From: Hormiphora californensis
Lineage: Eukaryota > Animalia > Ctenophora
Direction: 5' to 3'
DNA length: 64,000 bases
NCBI GenBank assembly: GCA_020137815.1
Contig: CM035353.1
Coordinates: 434,001-498,000 of the forward strand
Shown here: positions 57,101 through 64,000 of the stretch, one piece after another
Layout of the letters: each line of letters begins with the position of its first letter
Position numbering within the stretch: the stretch's first letter is position 1
Program-made: the position numbers and the translations under genes
The notes under the pieces: model-generated
Databases searched by the model: none
What the model was told of the DNA's origin: nothing
The model's input: the letters and a program-made list of their open reading frames with translations, nothing else

Positions 57101-57316
57101 TAGCTTCAGTTTCTCACGTATCACTGCAGGTTGTAGGTACGGTGATGATCTTCTGATGCTGCTAGGAAACTTCCTCATTATTCTGGAGGGGGTGCTGAAA
57201 GTTTCCTGCCCATTGCCTTCGATAATTTTTTCTTCGTTGTTATCATCGGCGGATGTGACCGGTGAAGCGGGTGCAGTTCCACCCCAGCCTAAACTGAAAC
57301 TCCACAAGGATTGCAT
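54173..57316 (-). CDS. LINE ORF1p, 1047 aa: N-terminal DSBH/AlkB-like region, coiled coil, C-terminal SGNH esterase-like domain
   Basis: Open frame; heptad-rich segment at ~aa 620-710; C-terminal VLVIHDG...CVFIHTGWND resembles SGNH blocks I and III of RTEX/CR1 ORF1 proteins. Confidence 0.8.
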   Translation of the reverse strand: MQSLWSFSLGWGGTAPASPVTSADDNNEEKIIEGNGQETFSTPSRIMRKFPSSIRRSSPYLQPAVIREKLKLGKRRRTMSAPSSPSHRLAPAEYLTVGAVGGIRCLKMESDGVLKIANTAHGPILHRSSTAIGEAFSSDRAELAKQLAQDMPRDAAEEECNFTIHTGNSGTAQVYSDLVKTLQNHLKSSLPAAAPRNVSVLDTLDVTYTRNSWTPVSFNGKSSKPLVILNIGSEQIIHMRSKHNTLVIDVPMPPLSVLCVDPTKEWTNINVVKGQEEISPDHHFWVTLSESVQLEEKQESLSPDFNTTNPKIGPDIFDRSPSPLPVSPKLSPVTSEYPAIAVNTPTSATQNNKVVNTKPVDGVKSPTPSSFNSESPGFDSDLFINWEITVNMVNSARPNLLNKLMDAAKLPRTPGMDQYCSRQNLLNEFQKIYEGQVLPTPELCNVMLDQCTSKAIENEIIRLELNLGSSSYLRDKKMALVDRWCTRQSGSDTKSNSHVSSTKSDKKREKKRKKKLMKQLSKSSQLSNEEKPDPIPESADPEAPAVSKIPPEPIISNPPVETSNDRPIRILEENLLHLKAEVASNRHIMDLLIDEEGSKPKKTKKSPTSNTAEPDRVTELLKKIDHLTSINESIVSKVDKLADSNTILANAVGRITEQNELLKGELEELKCAHNTLLEAHNSAILRIQILETQSSDMNSVVLRLTESMRASQLISAETPARQPTPVAVEPEEQSRVPDQPRDLDTEADVNQRNVNAVNGLSDSYASAISGSNGATADQQIGSVVTQRGEDSLAPAAPTAEQQTGSGTSQDGDQTTEPQATDPRSASGAEGGPIVRRQVRSARSSRPPAARESYRHHYVLVIHDGLFDGFNKAAFPRHLRLKLIKAKSLKNLATTEREAFIRTVEKLNPSCVFIHTGWNDAKEATVPQEIADYCRIISEAILAVPTGTPNLYFSTPFHVGTDSSSLADRVEDTSKAIFQFVSQFRSHSQRVYSYTNDELWNFTTTYSGEAGPVLPSCERGMKLMWASLRNGINKTLRLPNPRNSRSNE

Positions 57317-57347
57317 ATATAGCTGACTTGATTGCTGATTTCTCGTC

Positions 57348-57436
57348 GCCTCCGTGGCCGAGTGGTATGACGCTTCGGCCGCTGCGCGGAGGGACAGGCG
57401 GGAGGGTGGATCGAGTCCCGACCGTGGAAATTTTTT
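57348..57436 (+). ncRNA. tRNA-derived (SINE-head-like) putative Pol III unit
   Basis: A box TGGCCGAGTGG (57355-57365), B-box-like GGATCGAGTCC (57408-57418) and a T6 terminator (57431-57436). No complete cloverleaf or clear anticodon. Confidence 0.55.
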
Positions 57437-59663
57437 GCGGGGCTCCCTAACTTTTTTCCTGGTTCACAGAAAGGGTAGGAAGGATAGACGGAAGGAAGGG
57501 ATGTAAATAGCAGCTGGACTTTTCAGGGCAAGTGACTTGACAAGTGATTTCTTGAAATTCAAACCTTGCTGATGCTGACCAAAGACTCTGGTGTAGGCTC
57601 TTTCCTAATCCTACCAGCACAGTTGAACAGACACTGGATCTCGGTGGGGGAAGGGAAGGGTTGTCAGAAAATGGTATGGTAACGGTGGGGTAGTAGCTGC
57701 TTACCTGAGAGTTCAGGGGCCCGCGTACCGTCACCAGTACCGAGTAGAGAGAGTAAGGGAAGGATAGGATATCGATCCGGTTCAGGATGGGGGATGTCAC
57801 CGTCACACAGGAAATGGGGTGGTGTTATGAATTTAATTCAATTGGTAAATAGGGATGTAGTAATTTACCAGTTTGTAAAGAACCCACAGTGTGGAATGCT
57901 CTTGTCGGTAGATATCGTTCCGGTTCAGGATGGAGGATGTCACCGCGTCACACCGGAAATGGGGTGGTGTTATGAATTCAATTCAATTGGTAAATAGGGA
58001 TGTAGTAATTTACCAGTTTGTAAAGAACCCACAGTGTGGAATGCTCTTGTCGGTAGAGTTAAGCTTGTTGGGGCGTCTCACAAGTAGGAAGTAGATTACA
58101 ACGAGTACTGTGCAAGAGCCGTGACAAAATGTGTAGAGAGCAATATGTACAAATACAAATACAATTATAATTTATATCCCGCTATCAATGAAATACAGTC
58201 TCTTACATACTCTTCCTAATCTAGAATACAAAATAATCTCTATTCCCATGCCCTGACACTCACTCGTTGATGTGTCTGCATGGGCATAAGCATGTTAGGG
58301 TAGACTCCACAGGATGACCTCATGTCGGGGATAATACCTGGACGGATGGGAGGGACACTAAAGGGATGAAAAACCTGTGAACAGGCTTCGAAGCACCCAA
58401 ATTTAAAAAAAATCGCTTCCAGATTTTTAAAAACCGCTCTCAGAAAAATCGGAGTTGGCAAGAAAACCTGAAATCACGCGCGTTTTTAGTAACGCGCAAA
58501 ACCATAGTTTACGCCGCGCAGGTGCGCGCGTTATTTTTTCGGTTGAATTTGAAATTTTTTTAGCTGGCGAACCGAGATTTTGAAACTGAAAATGAAAAAT
58601 TCGCAAAATTTGCCATGCTGAAGTGTGTTTGAAAAGCGCTTTGGAATGCGCTGCAGCCCCCTCATGCGCGCACCCCCGCAACGAGGGGACTGAAGGGAAT
58701 GCCGCGCGCGCGTTTGGCCTGAGCTCAGGACGGGCTCGGCTGGGTCGAAGATAACTTTGCGAGCGAAAAAACGGCGGTGCTTATAACTTTGGCCCCTGAA
58801 GTCCGTTTGACTTTATTCTTTCACTAGCTGTTAGATCTGAAAATTATCTACCTTGCTGTTTTTGAGAGAAGTAAATTGGACTTCAGGAGGCTGAGCAATA
58901 ACCGTTCAAAGATGGGTTGTTTTCAAAAAGTGACGTCACAGATCCCTGCAGGGACACTTTGTTTCAAATTTGAATTAAAATCTCGAATTTTTTATTTTAC
59001 CGCACTCGATTTTGCGGAGTTTGGTTCATATCTCCTGTTCCTGATAAGATAGAGACCTGAAACCGGTTGCATTTTAAAGCTGTTATCTTCCTCTTTCCAA
59101 CGCTACCAAAACGATTTCTGTACCTTATCTGGAACCGGAGATATGATTGTTTATGTATTCCCCCCCAGCGCGGTATTCCCTCCAGGCCCCTTATATTATA
59201 TTATAAGGGGCCTGCAACGTATGCCAAAAAAGCGCTGCCTTATCCCGCGCTGCGCGTGGCCAGCAACGTTTGCCAAGAAGTGTGTGACCTTTTCACTCAG
59301 AGGATTCAGAAGTGCATTTACAACCCAAGTCCCAAATCTGGCGGTTGAGTGGTTCGGCAGTTAGAGCCGGTTTAATGAATCAACTTTTTGGCAACGTGCA
59401 CCTGTAAACAGGCCACCAAACACCCAGATCGTAACGGCGCCCAAACCTGGCGGTCGAGGTGCCGCTGATGGAGCTGCGGCTGGAGGTTTTCCGGATGCAG
59501 CCTCAACAGGTCCACAGGCAGCCGACACTGGCACTGGGCAGATACATTGATCATCAAGGCTTGATGGGTCCCCATATGTGATCAGAAACCAGATGCTGAT
59601 ATGCATAATTTCGAAGATAATTTTCCATCCTTGTTGTTTAATTTTTTTTCTTTTCCGTTAGTG

Positions 59664-60195
59664 ATGGACAACTTCCCTGCGATAGAAGAAGTTGATGACT
59701 TGGATCTCATTACGGACGAGGAACTGGAAGAAACTTACTTGGAACGACTAGCTGGTCTCAAGGGTATGTTTTATGTATCTGGGAGGGTTCCACATTAATC
59801 GTATTTATATATATTATATGTTAATCCGGTTCCCAGAAATGGAGGCATCTAATCGTGTTAAATTCCCCAGAAATTGAGGCCTCTAATCGTGTCATATTCC
59901 TCAGAAATGGAGGCCTCTAATCGTGTCATATTCCCCAGAAATGGAGGCCTCTAATCGTGTACTATATTCCCCAGAGATGTTTCCAAGTCCCGTTAGAACT
60001 GGAAGCTCACATCTGATTGGTGCTACTAAAACTAGCTCCCTGTGGCTCTACCACTTCGTTCGGGAAGCTATTTGGATTACCACGACATCGGCCATCATTC
60101 TTGCCCTCCCTCTTGCCATTGAAGTGACTCAAATCCAGGCACAAGACGATCTTAAAAAGGCCCGAAACGAGAAATTATTCGAAGCTAATGTGTGA
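59664..60195 (+). CDS. TOMM22: Mitochondrial import receptor subunit TOM22 (exons 59664-59763, 59975-60195)
   Basis: Acidic N-terminus, EETYLERLAGLK|EMFPSPVR and the TM segment AIWITTTSAIILALPLAIE match Tom22. Confidence 0.9.
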
Positions 60196-60336
60196 TTTGT
60201 TTAGATCCTACGTAATTTATTCTCTTTTTATACACATGTTGACATGATCGCCAGATATCGAAATTTACTGTGTTTAAATTTGACCTTGTATCCTCCCCCG
60301 CCCCTATAAAACCATACATCCAAAGAACAACAGACA

Positions 60337-63535
<3,199 letters not shown>

Positions 63536-64000
63536 TAGGAGGGGGAGACTAGGACCTGATGAACCAATTTGGAAAACTAAAGTCGATGGTAAAGAGTAAT
63601 TATTATTGGTTTTAGATTATTCGAATGGGATTGAAAACATTCCTGAAATCCCCATCAAATAACAAGTAAAGTCTTTCACGCAAAATATAATCTGAAAATA
63701 AAAAAGTTTTCTCTTGAAATTTGAGACTCAAATCTCAGTGACACCTGGGTCTTGCATGGAATGAGTTTTACACGCCTCAGACCCATGTGTTTTTAGTCCA
63801 CCAACCTTGCTCCTCTCTCTCTCTGTCCATGTTTGAAGTATACCAAGAGCTACCTCTCTTCTTCTGATAGTAGGAGTATTCCCCTATTCTCATCAGCGAG
63901 AACTTCCCCTGCCCTGAGTTCCGCCCTGTACTGGCCAGCGTGGTACTCTTGCATAACATCGATCACGTATGTCAGGTTCAGGTAGTTAGAGTAGCGGGTT

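Larger units (their letters stand above)
50421..58100 (-). mobile_element. Near full-length RTEX-type non-LTR retrotransposon (LINE); 5' boundary approximate
   Basis: ORF1 and an overlapping APE-RT ORF2, a (TTCTAA)n 3' tail at 50421-50455, and a ~140-bp tandem duplication (57770-58057) in the putative 5' UTR. Confidence 0.85.

Noticed and set aside
57348-57436. Bona fide tRNA gene
   Set aside because: The acceptor and anticodon stems do not pair properly; kept only as a tRNA-derived unit.

Overview
Eukaryotic (animal) genomic DNA with intron-containing genes and a high density of transposons. The ~109-bp repeat and compact gene structure resemble a ctenophore such as Pleurobrachia; this is recalled, not verified. 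Host genes reconstructed by hand from GT-AG exons: the 3' end of symplekin (+), an orphan Cys-rich single-pass membrane protein (-), a secreted C-type lectin (+), a disrupted Sulfotransfer_2 sulfotransferase (-), an intron-containing FoxL2 (-), PDE9 (-), and TOM22 (+) followed 141 nt later by MetAP2 (+, runs off the window). Mobile DNA includes an intact Ty1/Copia (GalEa-like) LTR element in a PDE9 intron with a TIR element nested in one LTR, and a near-full-length RTEX-type LINE. There are also a CRE-type LINE fragment, a tandem non-autonomous Helitron, and hAT, piggyBac, Tc1, Harbinger and Mutator-like MITEs. The most notable observations are four: a degenerate AlkB/2OG-Fe(II)-like region in the LINE ORF1 with an antisense tRNA-like Pol III unit just upstream; tandem repeats that begin exactly at splice sites in several genes; a possible trans-spliced TOM22-MetAP2 operon; and a hAT MITE whose copies coincide with a stop codon, a splice donor and a 130-bp hairpin duplication. 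About 7.4-9.6 kb looks like low-quality sequence.
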